DNA of 64,000 nucleotides, taken from sequence record NC_031927.1; one strand, 5' to 3'. The position numbers and the translations under genes were made by a program. Shown here piece after piece: positions 35,906 to 44,640 of this stretch. Position 1 is the stretch's first letter; each line of letters opens with the position of its first letter. The notes under the pieces were generated by a model. That model saw only the letters and a list, made by a program, of their open reading frames with translations, did no database searches and was not told the origin of the DNA.

Positions 35906-36127
35906 ATGACTAATTTTATCTTGGATAAAGTTGCACCACCTGTCTTTTTTTTGGTGGTTGGTTTTGCCGCTATTTCTTCTTTATTGCACTGGATTATGGA
36001 TCCTATTCAAGCTACTGATGAGTTACAAACCATTCTCAAGAATGAATGTGGTATGGAATACTCTACACAAGAGGTTAGGAGAAACGGTAAAAATCTTTCA
36101 CGCATTTGTGGACTGAAAAAGAACTGA
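35906..36127 (+). CDS. Small membrane protein
   Basis: ATG 35906; hydrophobic VAPPVFFLVVGFAAISSLL. Confidence 0.55.
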   Translation: MTNFILDKVAPPVFFLVVGFAAISSLLHWIMDPIQATDELQTILKNECGMEYSTQEVRRNGKNLSRICGLKKN

Positions 36128-36131
36128 CCCC

Positions 36132-36160
36132 TTCACAAATCCCCACCAACCTGCTATAAT
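36132..36160 (+). promoter_or_regulatory. Sigma70-like promoter (TTCACA-N17-TATAAT, extended TG)
   Basis: Consensus spacing read directly. Confidence 0.75.
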
Positions 36161-36182
36161 AACTAGGTAATCAATCAAGGAT

Positions 36183-36398
36183 ATGAGCCAACTCAGAACC
36201 AAGTTTCGTAAGTCTATCGGAATCTTCCAAGATGCCGTTAACCGAACCATCGAGTTAGACTACTCTCAACCCAAGCTATATAAGAAGGTAAAGCGATTTT
36301 ATGAAGAAGAAGGAGTTCGCTTCACAGGCGACTCCGTTGAAGACTACCAAATCATTTTAGATTGCATTCAAGAAGACCTTACCGTAGGTGCTGTTTAA
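36183..36398 (+). CDS. Conserved cyanophage hypothetical protein
   Basis: ELDYSQPKLYKKVKRFYEEEGV.FTGD...DY. Confidence 0.75.
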   Translation: MSQLRTKFRKSIGIFQDAVNRTIELDYSQPKLYKKVKRFYEEEGVRFTGDSVEDYQIILDCIQEDLTVGAV

Positions 36399-36637
36399 TG
36401 AAAACATTACTAGAACGCGAAGGTTACAGGTTTGTCGAAGCTGGTATTATCGAACTAAATGGTAAACCAGATTATCGTCTCCAAAAACAAGACTTCTATA
36501 CGAAGCGTTGGAATGACGAGTATCTATTCGATAATCAAATGCAATGTAGTATTGCTATGGGGGATATAGAGTATGCAAAATGGCTGTGTGGTGATCCAGC
36601 ATACGTGAGAGATGTGATAGTTAGCCCATATAACTAG
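36398..36637 (+). CDS. Conserved cyanophage hypothetical protein
   Basis: MKTLLEREGYRFVEAGIIELNGKPDYRLQK...YLFDN.MQC. Confidence 0.75.
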   Translation: MKTLLEREGYRFVEAGIIELNGKPDYRLQKQDFYTKRWNDEYLFDNQMQCSIAMGDIEYAKWLCGDPAYVRDVIVSPYN

Positions 36638-36689
36638 TCTCGGTAAGACTTTAAAAGAGACCTAACCGAGTCCTCTTACTTTTACTCCA

Positions 36690-36914
36690 ATGAAAGCCAC
36701 ATCTTTTTTACGCTACATAGGAAATACACTACTCGTAATAGGACATTTCACACTACTCTGGGGAAGCACAGAGCCTGCATTAATTATCAAAATCATTGGC
36801 GGTGCGCTTATTCTTCCCTTTGCCGTAGGTTTAGCCCTATGGGATGTAGTTGCCTTAGAGTTAGTCTTTGGTTCTATGGACGTTACTAAATTGTATCAAG
36901 TCCTAGTTTCTTAG
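36690..36914 (+). CDS. Small multi-pass membrane protein
   Basis: LRYIGNTLLVIGHF...LWDVVAL. Confidence 0.7.
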   Translation: MKATSFLRYIGNTLLVIGHFTLLWGSTEPALIIKIIGGALILPFAVGLALWDVVALELVFGSMDVTKLYQVLVS

Positions 36915-37100
36915 TTCTACAAAAACTAAGTGGTGGAGCCAACTTATAGTTGACCCTTATGCCCTTGTCGGATGGGCTTTATAAATGCCGACTGGCGCGT
37001 CGTAGCAAAGGTTTCTCACTCTTCCTTAAAGAGTGAGTGGTGCGGATGATTTCATCGCATGGTTTTGCGATTCCATTTAAAGATCGTATGGCGAGCATGT
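36903..37100 (+). ncRNA. Structured RNA of four tandem H-type pseudoknots, each ending in UGG (resembles the cyanophage manA RNA motif)
   Basis: Covarying stem pairs TAG/CTA, GCCC/GGGC, AAGG/CCTT, ATGG/CCAT crossing stems cttagtt/aactaag, gtcgg/ccgac, ctcactc/gagtgag, tgcgatt/gatcgta; family name recalled, not searched. Confidence 0.75.
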
Positions 37101-37124
37101 TAATATACCCAATCATTTTTTGAT

Positions 37125-37149
37125 GCCCCCTTCGGAAAGGGGTTTTTTT
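37125..37149 (+). terminator. Intrinsic terminator after the structured RNA
   Basis: gcccccttcggaaagggg + T run. Confidence 0.7.
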
Positions 37150-37180
37150 ATGCTATAATATATAATGTATTATTTGTGTA

Positions 37181-38056
37181 ATGGTAATGTATCATGAACG
37201 TATGAAGTTACGAAAAGATGCTTATTCTAAAAAGTTAGACAATGTAACATCGAGGTGCTATTTTGCAAATGGATTTGCAACTAGGATTAAAAATATTGTA
37301 AGTTGCCACAGAATTGCAAATAACGTTCAAGTTTATTGGGATGCAAATTGTAAACCATTTTACTATAAAAAATTAAATGAATACTTCCCTGATCTAGTGG
37401 AAACCGATGAGTATGTCTCAAAGACATGGAGACAAGGATGGAGATTAGCCACTTTTCCTGGAGAAATTGGGGAAGGTTTTTCAAATAAAGACGCAATTTT
37501 TGAAGAGTTTGATAGTCCAATTGTTATCCCATCTCATGGAAAGGGTCGTTGTATTGATTATGAATATCATAGAATTCCCCAACCAATTATCGATGACTAT
37601 CTTAAAATATTCTCTGAGTTGAGAATTAAAGATTCTTTTCTTGAGACTGCGGATAAGTTTGCTAAGGAAAATTTTAATTCTGAAACTGTTTCTGTGCATA
37701 TTAGAAATTGGGTTGACTTTGCACCTAGAGGAAAAATGCACACCCTATCTCCCTTCATTGACTTGATGGTAGAGCATCCAACATCAAAGTTTTTTGTTTC
37801 TACGGATAGTCCCAATAATATCAAAATCCTAAAAGAAACGTTTGGTGATGATCGCATTATTAGCTATTGTGGAACAGATCCATCATTTGATGTCTTTATT
37901 GATTTACTTCTCTTATCGAAGAATCGGAATTTGATTGGTTCTGTAATGAGCACTTTTAGTGAAGTTGCTTGGTGGTTAGGTGGAGCTACGGCAAAGGTCA
38001 AAATTGCTTATGGTCCCAAGACAATGAAGTATATGTACCCAAAACATCACATTTAA
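37181..38056 (+). CDS. Fucosyltransferase-like GT-B glycosyltransferase (NodZ/GT23-like)
   Basis: NGFATRIKN, VSVHIR, FFVSTDS, DLLLLS...LIGSVMSTFSEVA. Confidence 0.7.
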   Translation: MVMYHERMKLRKDAYSKKLDNVTSRCYFANGFATRIKNIVSCHRIANNVQVYWDANCKPFYYKKLNEYFPDLVETDEYVSKTWRQGWRLATFPGEIGEGFSNKDAIFEEFDSPIVIPSHGKGRCIDYEYHRIPQPIIDDYLKIFSELRIKDSFLETADKFAKENFNSETVSVHIRNWVDFAPRGKMHTLSPFIDLMVEHPTSKFFVSTDSPNNIKILKETFGDDRIISYCGTDPSFDVFIDLLLLSKNRNLIGSVMSTFSEVAWWLGGATAKVKIAYGPKTMKYMYPKHHI

Positions 38057-38096
38057 ACCATTTGTGCTATAATATATTTGTAGCAATCCATTTGTA

Positions 38097-39098
38097 ATGA
38101 AAGTAGCACTTATTACTGGGATCACAGGGCAAGATGGATCTTACCTAGCTGAACTTCTCCTTCAGAAAGGATATACAGTTCACGGTATTATCCGTCGTGC
38201 TTCTATGATTAACACCCACAGAATTGACCATATCTTTGACCGCATCACTCTCCATTATGGAGACCTTACCGATGCTTTGAGTATCGTATCTATTATTAAA
38301 ACAGTTCAACCAGATGAAATATATAACCTAGGGGCTCAGAGTCACGTTAAGGTTTCATTTGATCAGCCTGAATACACAGCACAGACCGACGCATTGGGCA
38401 CTCTAAGGGTGCTAGAAGCCGTCCGTCTTCTTGGTATGGAATCATACGTAAGAATCTACCAAGCGAGCACCAGTGAGCTTTATGGGCTAGTTCAGGAGAC
38501 ACCCCAGAAAGAAACCACTCCAATGTATCCACGATCCCCTTATGGAGTTGCTAAACTATATGGGTTCTGGATCATCAAAAACTACAGGGAAAGCTATGAC
38601 ATACATGCCTCTAGCGGTATTCTATTCAATCACGAAAGCTCACGCAGAGGAGAGACGTTCGTCACACGCAAGATCGTCCGAGCCTTGTCCCGAATTAGTG
38701 TGGGACTCCAAAGTGATCTACAACTTGGAAACCTCAATGCCCGACGTGACTGGGGACACGCCAAAGACTACGTAGAGGCTATGTGGTTGATGCTTCAGCA
38801 AGAGAAGCCAGATGATTATGTGATCGCAACTGGTGAGCAGTATTCTGTAAAGGACTTTGTTAATGCTGCAGCACCATACTTTGGGTTCAATATTGAATGG
38901 AGAGGTGAAGGTCTTGATGAGTTTGGATTCTGTCTCAATACTGGTAGAACAGTTGTAAAAGTCAATCCTAAATATTTCAGACCCGCAGAAGTAGAAACTC
39001 TTCTCGGTGATCCCACTAAAGCAAAGGAAGTTCTTGGATGGACTCCTACTTATACATTTAATGAACTAGTTGAAGAGATGGTACTTAATGGACAATAA
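38097..39098 (+). CDS. gmd: GDP-mannose 4,6-dehydratase
   Basis: [59 protein letters not shown]. Confidence 0.98.
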   Translation: MKVALITGITGQDGSYLAELLLQKGYTVHGIIRRASMINTHRIDHIFDRITLHYGDLTDALSIVSIIKTVQPDEIYNLGAQSHVKVSFDQPEYTAQTDALGTLRVLEAVRLLGMESYVRIYQASTSELYGLVQETPQKETTPMYPRSPYGVAKLYGFWIIKNYRESYDIHASSGILFNHESSRRGETFVTRKIVRALSRISVGLQSDLQLGNLNARRDWGHAKDYVEAMWLMLQQEKPDDYVIATGEQYSVKDFVNAAAPYFGFNIEWRGEGLDEFGFCLNTGRTVVKVNPKYFRPAEVETLLGDPTKAKEVLGWTPTYTFNELVEEMVLNGQ

Positions 39099-40011
39099 TT
39101 CCACAGTTGCAATTTTTGGGTCTGGTGGTCTAGCTGGAGGAGCAATCACCAGACAGTTTATAAACAAAAGACATAAACTACTCTTACCTCGCAGTAAAGA
39201 TTTAGATTTACGAGAACAAGCTGATGTTCGTGCTTGGTTCAAAGCCAATAAAGTTGATTATGTAATCCTAGCTGCTGCCCTAGTCGGCGGCATTATGGCT
39301 AACAAGACTCGCAAAGCGGAGTTCTTACACGACAATCTAATGATGCAGTGTAATGTAATTGACTCTGCTTACTATTCAGGTGTTAAGAAGCTCCTATTCC
39401 TAGGAACATCTTGCATCTATCCTGCTGGACGCCAACACCCACTAAAAGAAAATGAACTCCTTACGGGGGCTCTTGAGCCTACTAACGACGCTTACGCCAT
39501 CGCAAAGATCGCAGGAATCAAACAATGTGACTTCTACAGGGAGCAATATGGATTTGATGCTATCTCTATTATGCCTCCTAATCTATATGGTCCTGGAGAC
39601 AATTTCCACGAGGGATCAGGTCACGTCCTCGCATCGTTGATGAACCGCTTCCACAACGCCAAGGTGGCTGGTGAAGCCACTGTAGCTTGCTGGGGTGACG
39701 GAACACCTATGAGAGAGTTTCTCTTCTCTGAAGACCTAGCAGAAGCCTGTGCGTTCTTTATGGATAACTACAGTGACTACGGTCACGTCAATGTTGGAAC
39801 TGGTGAAGACATCACCATCAAACACCTAGCAGAGAGTATTGCAAAGGTTATTGGTTTTGAAGGAGAGATCCTATGGGACACTTCAAAACCAAATGGAAAT
39901 CCTCGCAAATTACTTGACAGCACTGTGGCTAATGAGTTAGGATGGAAGCCCAAGACCAGTTTTGAAGATGGTCTACAGAAAACTTACAACTGGTATTTAA
40001 ACAATGTATGA
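39088..40011 (+). CDS. fcl: GDP-L-fucose synthase/ColC-type epimerase-reductase
   Basis: [51 protein letters not shown]. Confidence 0.93.
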   Translation: MDNNSTVAIFGSGGLAGGAITRQFINKRHKLLLPRSKDLDLREQADVRAWFKANKVDYVILAAALVGGIMANKTRKAEFLHDNLMMQCNVIDSAYYSGVKKLLFLGTSCIYPAGRQHPLKENELLTGALEPTNDAYAIAKIAGIKQCDFYREQYGFDAISIMPPNLYGPGDNFHEGSGHVLASLMNRFHNAKVAGEATVACWGDGTPMREFLFSEDLAEACAFFMDNYSDYGHVNVGTGEDITIKHLAESIAKVIGFEGEILWDTSKPNGNPRKLLDSTVANELGWKPKTSFEDGLQKTYNWYLNNV

Positions 40012-41155
40012 TTGGAAATTAATGGATGATACGGTCACACTTCGTGATCGTATGAAGATGGCTAAGTTTGTTCTAACTACTAGCCGACTAACACAAGGAC
40101 CACAAGTTCGTAAATTTGAGGAGCATTGGAGTGACTGGCTTGGAGTTAAACATTCTCTTTTTGTTAGTAGTGGTAGTACTGCCAACAGTCTTTTGGTATC
40201 TGCTTGGAAAGATCTAAATGATATTCCAGATGGTGCAAAGGTTATTGTTCCTGCCTGCACTTGGGTGACTAACATTGCACCAATCATTCAAAACAATCTA
40301 ACCCCAGTATTTTGTGATATCAATCTAAAGGACTTTAGCTTTGATATTAGTTCTCTTCAGACTATTGCATGTGAGCATAAAGATATCCGGGCAATCTTCG
40401 TCACACACCTACTAGGTTTCCCTGCACGGGTAGAGGAGTTTCATAAGATCTTCCCTAACGCAGACATCCTAGAAGACGTTTGTGAGAGCCACGGTGCCGT
40501 TATTGAAGGTGGGACTATGGCTGGTACATATGATGTAGGAGGGACATTCAGCTTCTACTTTGGTCATCATATGACTACTGTTGAGGGTGGTATGGTATCC
40601 ACTAACAATAGTGATATGTATGACTTGATGCGTATGAAGCGCTCTCACGGTTTATCTCGTGAGTCGGTTCATTCTAAAGAGTATGCGAAGATGTATCCCG
40701 AGATCAATCCACAGTTCCTCTTTATGACTGATGGTTATAACTTCCGTAATAATGAGATTGGTGCTGTATTGGGTCAGTCTCAACTAAAGCGTTTGGATAA
40801 TATGATCGTCAAGCGTAATGATAATTATAAGACATACTTCGAGATTGTATCTCTATACTCCCATCTATTCCATGTTCCTGCTTACATTCCAAATCGTATT
40901 AGTAGCTTCTGCTTCCCTCTAATCTCTAGGGACAAAGCAACTCATCTAAGACTACAGGAGTTGTTGACTGAGTATCGTGTAGAGTATCGCCCAGTTGTAG
41001 GTGGAAACTTACTCAAGCAGCCTTTCTTATCTGCTTATCACGCAGACTGCCCTAACGCAGACATCCTCCACGACCGTGGATTGTATGTTGGAAACAGTCA
41101 CTTTGTTGGTATAAGCCACTTACTAATGCTTGAAGAAATTTTGGAGCAACTTTGA
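40004..41155 (+). CDS. colD: PLP/PMP-dependent DegT-family enzyme with His in place of the catalytic Lys: ColD-like GDP-4-keto-6-deoxymannose 3-dehydratase
   Basis: LEDVCESHGA...GTFSFYFGHHMTTVEGG; 383 aa; adjacent to gmd and fcl. Confidence 0.75.
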   Translation: MYDWKLMDDTVTLRDRMKMAKFVLTTSRLTQGPQVRKFEEHWSDWLGVKHSLFVSSGSTANSLLVSAWKDLNDIPDGAKVIVPACTWVTNIAPIIQNNLTPVFCDINLKDFSFDISSLQTIACEHKDIRAIFVTHLLGFPARVEEFHKIFPNADILEDVCESHGAVIEGGTMAGTYDVGGTFSFYFGHHMTTVEGGMVSTNNSDMYDLMRMKRSHGLSRESVHSKEYAKMYPEINPQFLFMTDGYNFRNNEIGAVLGQSQLKRLDNMIVKRNDNYKTYFEIVSLYSHLFHVPAYIPNRISSFCFPLISRDKATHLRLQELLTEYRVEYRPVVGGNLLKQPFLSAYHADCPNADILHDRGLYVGNSHFVGISHLLMLEEILEQL

Positions 41156-41156
41156 T

Positions 41157-41951
41157 ATGACTATTTCTTTTAATTATTTGGGTAACCTGGGACACTTGGG
41201 AAACCAAATGTTTCAGTATGCCGCATTGATGGGTCTTAGCTCCAAGTATAATAGAACCTTTTGTATTCCACATCCCGATACATTTTCAACTGCGAGTTAT
41301 CAAGAAAATAGAAGCAGTATCTATAGCGCCTTTGATATCAAACCTCCACATGTTGGGATGAGTAAATTCAACCCAGTTTCAGAGGCACACTTTCATTTTG
41401 ATAACAACTTATTTGAGAACCTTCCACCCCAAGATATTGATCTTCGTGGATACTTTCAATGTGAAAAGTGGTTTAAGCATATTGAAGATGATGTGAGAAA
41501 GGCATTCACATTCAAGCCCGAGTATATGGAAGTAGCTCAGTTGATGCGAGATCAGTTAGATGGTGAAGTAATTTCTCTTCATATTAGAAGAACTGATTAT
41601 ATTACCAACCCAAATCATTATTGTATGCATATGGGTTACTATTTGAAAGCATTAAAAGTTATGCCTTCTGAGCCAAAGGTAATCATTTTTAGTGATGATA
41701 CTGAATGGGCAAAGGATCAGAAAGAGTTTCCTGATGATAGGTTCCTTGTATCCGAGACAAATTGTCCATACACAGATATGGCTCTGATGACTTTATGCGA
41801 CTACCACATCAATGCAAACAGCTCCTTCTCCTGGTGGGGCTCTTGGCTATCTAACAGCAAGAAAGTAACAGCTCCAAGTGATTGGTTTTCTGGTCCACTA
41901 ACTAGTAATAACTTATCTGATATTTATTGTGATGGATGGGAAGTAATCTAA
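41157..41951 (+). CDS. GT11 glycosyltransferase, copy 2 (fucosyl- or colitosyltransferase)
   Basis: LGNQMFQYA, LHIRRTDY, NSSFSWWGSWL; ATG 41157. Confidence 0.9.
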   Translation: MTISFNYLGNLGHLGNQMFQYAALMGLSSKYNRTFCIPHPDTFSTASYQENRSSIYSAFDIKPPHVGMSKFNPVSEAHFHFDNNLFENLPPQDIDLRGYFQCEKWFKHIEDDVRKAFTFKPEYMEVAQLMRDQLDGEVISLHIRRTDYITNPNHYCMHMGYYLKALKVMPSEPKVIIFSDDTEWAKDQKEFPDDRFLVSETNCPYTDMALMTLCDYHINANSSFSWWGSWLSNSKKVTAPSDWFSGPLTSNNLSDIYCDGWEVI

Positions 41952-42721
41952 TGGGAAAAAATTTAGTATGTCAGATCTTTTTTGATAAAAAATTGATTAC
42001 TGATTATAAAGTTCATGAAAAAGACCAGACAAGAGGTGAGGTTGTAACATCTAAGCATTTAGATAATGAGTTGTTCCAACATTCTCAAATACTTGCTAAA
42101 AGATACGCAGAGCGTGTAGGTGCGGATTACATCCTATTTGATAAACCACATATCAATTTTTATAATCCATCTCAAGAAAGATTTAGATTGATGGAAGAAG
42201 ACCATTGGGCAGAGACATATGATAATATATTATATGTTGACTGTGATGCGTTTATCTACAACGAATGCCCCAATATCTTTGAGGAGTATCCACAAGAAAA
42301 TTTAAGGATTGCTAGGGATATGAACCCAGCTATTCCTAATCAGGAGAATGTAATTGTTAGTGAGGTTGGTCTTGATAAAGTGCGCCAATCATATTTCAAT
42401 GCTGGAATTCTATTGATGCACTCATCCACACTTAGGGAATTAAAAAAGGTCATCAAATATAAGGAAAGATTTTCTCTCTTACCTTATGGTGATCAGTCCG
42501 AGTTAAATTACTGCACATTGAAGTATGACATCCCCCATACAGTAATGGACCAAAGATTCAACTCATATGACAGAGATGCATTTATCGGTCATCTATACGG
42601 TACGCAAAAGTTTGATGGACTATTCCATAGTGCATATCACCTGAAGAAAGCTAAAGAGCAAGCACTAGGTATCAAACCGAAGAAAAAGAAGCTACCATTC
42701 ACAGTAAAAACTAATTATTAA
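41951..42721 (+). CDS. GT8-like glycosyltransferase
   Basis: LYVDCD (DxD), YFNAGILLM, GDQSELN. Confidence 0.75.
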   Translation: MGKNLVCQIFFDKKLITDYKVHEKDQTRGEVVTSKHLDNELFQHSQILAKRYAERVGADYILFDKPHINFYNPSQERFRLMEEDHWAETYDNILYVDCDAFIYNECPNIFEEYPQENLRIARDMNPAIPNQENVIVSEVGLDKVRQSYFNAGILLMHSSTLRELKKVIKYKERFSLLPYGDQSELNYCTLKYDIPHTVMDQRFNSYDRDAFIGHLYGTQKFDGLFHSAYHLKKAKEQALGIKPKKKKLPFTVKTNY

Positions 42722-42725
42722 ACCA

Positions 42726-43295
42726 ATGACTGTTGATGTAAACTATTGGAGTACTTTCTACTCATCAAATCACACTCTAGATTCCTCCAACTTCTGTAGG
42801 TTTGTATTAGAGTACTTTAAAAATCAGTCTTCACTACGCATCCTAGATGCTGGCTGTGGTAATGGTAGAGATAGCTATGCCCTATCCAAATTACACATAG
42901 TAACTGGTATAGATACTGCCGACTATGTTCCTGAGTCAACAGAGACTTGCTCATTTGAGACTGGAGATTTCTGCACACATGATAAAGATTCTTACGATAT
43001 TGTGTATTCTAGATTTACTCTACACTCAATTACAGATGAGCAACAGGTAGAATTCATCAAGTCTATTGTAAATGCTGGGACTTTCTTATGCATTGAGTGT
43101 AGAAGTGATGGAGACATTGATACTGTAAGGGAGCATGGTGATGACCACTATAGAAACTTTGTAAGCTTTGTTCGCCTTCAGAGTATATTGTTGGAGAATG
43201 GATTTATAGTGCATGTTGCTGAAGAAAGTAGGGGATTTGCACCATACAAAGCAGAAGATCCAGTTTGTGTACGATTCATTGCGGAGAAAAATTGA
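42726..43295 (+). CDS. Class I SAM-dependent methyltransferase
   Basis: ILDAGCGNGRDS, YDIVYSRFTLHSI. Confidence 0.9.
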   Translation: MTVDVNYWSTFYSSNHTLDSSNFCRFVLEYFKNQSSLRILDAGCGNGRDSYALSKLHIVTGIDTADYVPESTETCSFETGDFCTHDKDSYDIVYSRFTLHSITDEQQVEFIKSIVNAGTFLCIECRSDGDIDTVREHGDDHYRNFVSFVRLQSILLENGFIVHVAEESRGFAPYKAEDPVCVRFIAEKN

Positions 43296-43825
43296 TGGCA
43301 GGTTATCCTGAAAAAGCAGAAAAGCTAAACACCACACTACTCTGGACTCTCGATCTTCTTGAGACTAGAGGTATTGATAAGTGGTTTGTATCTTATGGTA
43401 CTTTATTGGGTTTGATTCGTGATGGATCATGTATTGATGGTGATGATGATGTAGACATCTGCATTGACAAAGATTGTTGGGATGATGTATATGATCCAAT
43501 CAAAAAATTGAATAGACTCAATGAGCAGTATGTAAAAGAGAACATTATCATCACCAAAAGAACTGCGACATACTCACAAGTAGATTTTTATTGCTGTGAT
43601 GTAAATGAGCAAGGTGACTTCAATGATACATGGGAAGATGTTATTTGGAGTAGATGCTATAATGAGTCTGACAAAATTCCAACCATTGAGTTTCAGGGAA
43701 GACATTTGAATGTTCCTCATAATGCAATTGAAAAACTTTCTAAGCGTTATGGTTCTACTTGGAATCAGAGAATCAAAAGAGGAACTGAAGCCGGAGATGG
43801 TTATCGTAAAATAAAAGTATTATGA
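43295..43825 (+). CDS. LicD-family phosphotransferase
   Basis: WFVSYGTLLGLIRDG..IDGDDDVDI; LSKRYGSTW. Confidence 0.8.
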   Translation: MAGYPEKAEKLNTTLLWTLDLLETRGIDKWFVSYGTLLGLIRDGSCIDGDDDVDICIDKDCWDDVYDPIKKLNRLNEQYVKENIIITKRTATYSQVDFYCCDVNEQGDFNDTWEDVIWSRCYNESDKIPTIEFQGRHLNVPHNAIEKLSKRYGSTWNQRIKRGTEAGDGYRKIKVL

Positions 43826-44640
43826 AAAATGAAGTTATGAGACACGACCTAAAAGACACTACATTTATTATACCTCTACGCATTGAGAGTGGAGACAGAA
43901 TGCGTAATGTAATTACTTCATTATGTTATATACTATCAAACTTTGATACTCATATCATTGTAAAGGAGGGTGATACCTCTTCTATATTTCTTGAGGATGT
44001 TCTTCCACAAGTAAAAGATTTCATGGAAGTAGATGAGATTCCTAATCTATTACATGTCTTTGAGGACACGAGTGCTTCTGAGTTCCATAGAACTAGGTAT
44101 CTTAATGAGATGACTCATATGGCTACAACAAAGGTTGTGGTTAATTATGATTGTGATATCATCCTTCCCGTGGAGTCCTACATAAAAGCACAGGCAATGA
44201 TTATTGATGGACCTTCTGATGTGGTCTATCCATATGGATTCGGTAACTATGCTAAAATGGTAACCGTAGATGATTCAATTGTCTCTGAATTCCTAACTGA
44301 AGGATTCAGTATTAATCTCCTAGAAAAAACTACAAAGCTAAACAATGCTCGTTTTGGTTTCTGTCAGTTCTTTGATAGAGAGGTTTACATCAGTGGTGGC
44401 GGGGAAAACGAAAAGTTCATTGCATATGCTCCTGAAGATGAAGAGAGGGCATTTAGATTTATTACTTTGGGATATAAAGTAGATCGTATTGATCAATTTG
44501 TATATCACCTAGAGCATTCAAGGACACCCAATTCGTGGTATAATAATCCTCATATGCAGAACAATTTTGCCTTATGGGAAGTTTTACAGAAAATGGACAA
44601 GCATCAACTAATTGAGCACTACAACTTATACAATGGATAA
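43822..44640 (+). CDS. Glycosyltransferase (GT2/GT7 galactosyltransferase-like)
   Basis: YDCD DxD, GGENEKFIAYAPEDEER, YHLEH. Confidence 0.75.
   Translation: MKNEVMRHDLKDTTFIIPLRIESGDRMRNVITSLCYILSNFDTHIIVKEGDTSSIFLEDVLPQVKDFMEVDEIPNLLHVFEDTSASEFHRTRYLNEMTHMATTKVVVNYDCDIILPVESYIKAQAMIIDGPSDVVYPYGFGNYAKMVTVDDSIVSEFLTEGFSINLLEKTTKLNNARFGFCQFFDREVYISGGGENEKFIAYAPEDEERAFRFITLGYKVDRIDQFVYHLEHSRTPNSWYNNPHMQNNFALWEVLQKMDKHQLIEHYNLYNG

Noticed and set aside
20333-43825. Cytidylyltransferase-like gene as the donor supplier for LicD
   Set aside because: The genes are 22 kb apart, the family is widespread in cyanophages without LicD by my recollection, and nothing in the sequence links them.
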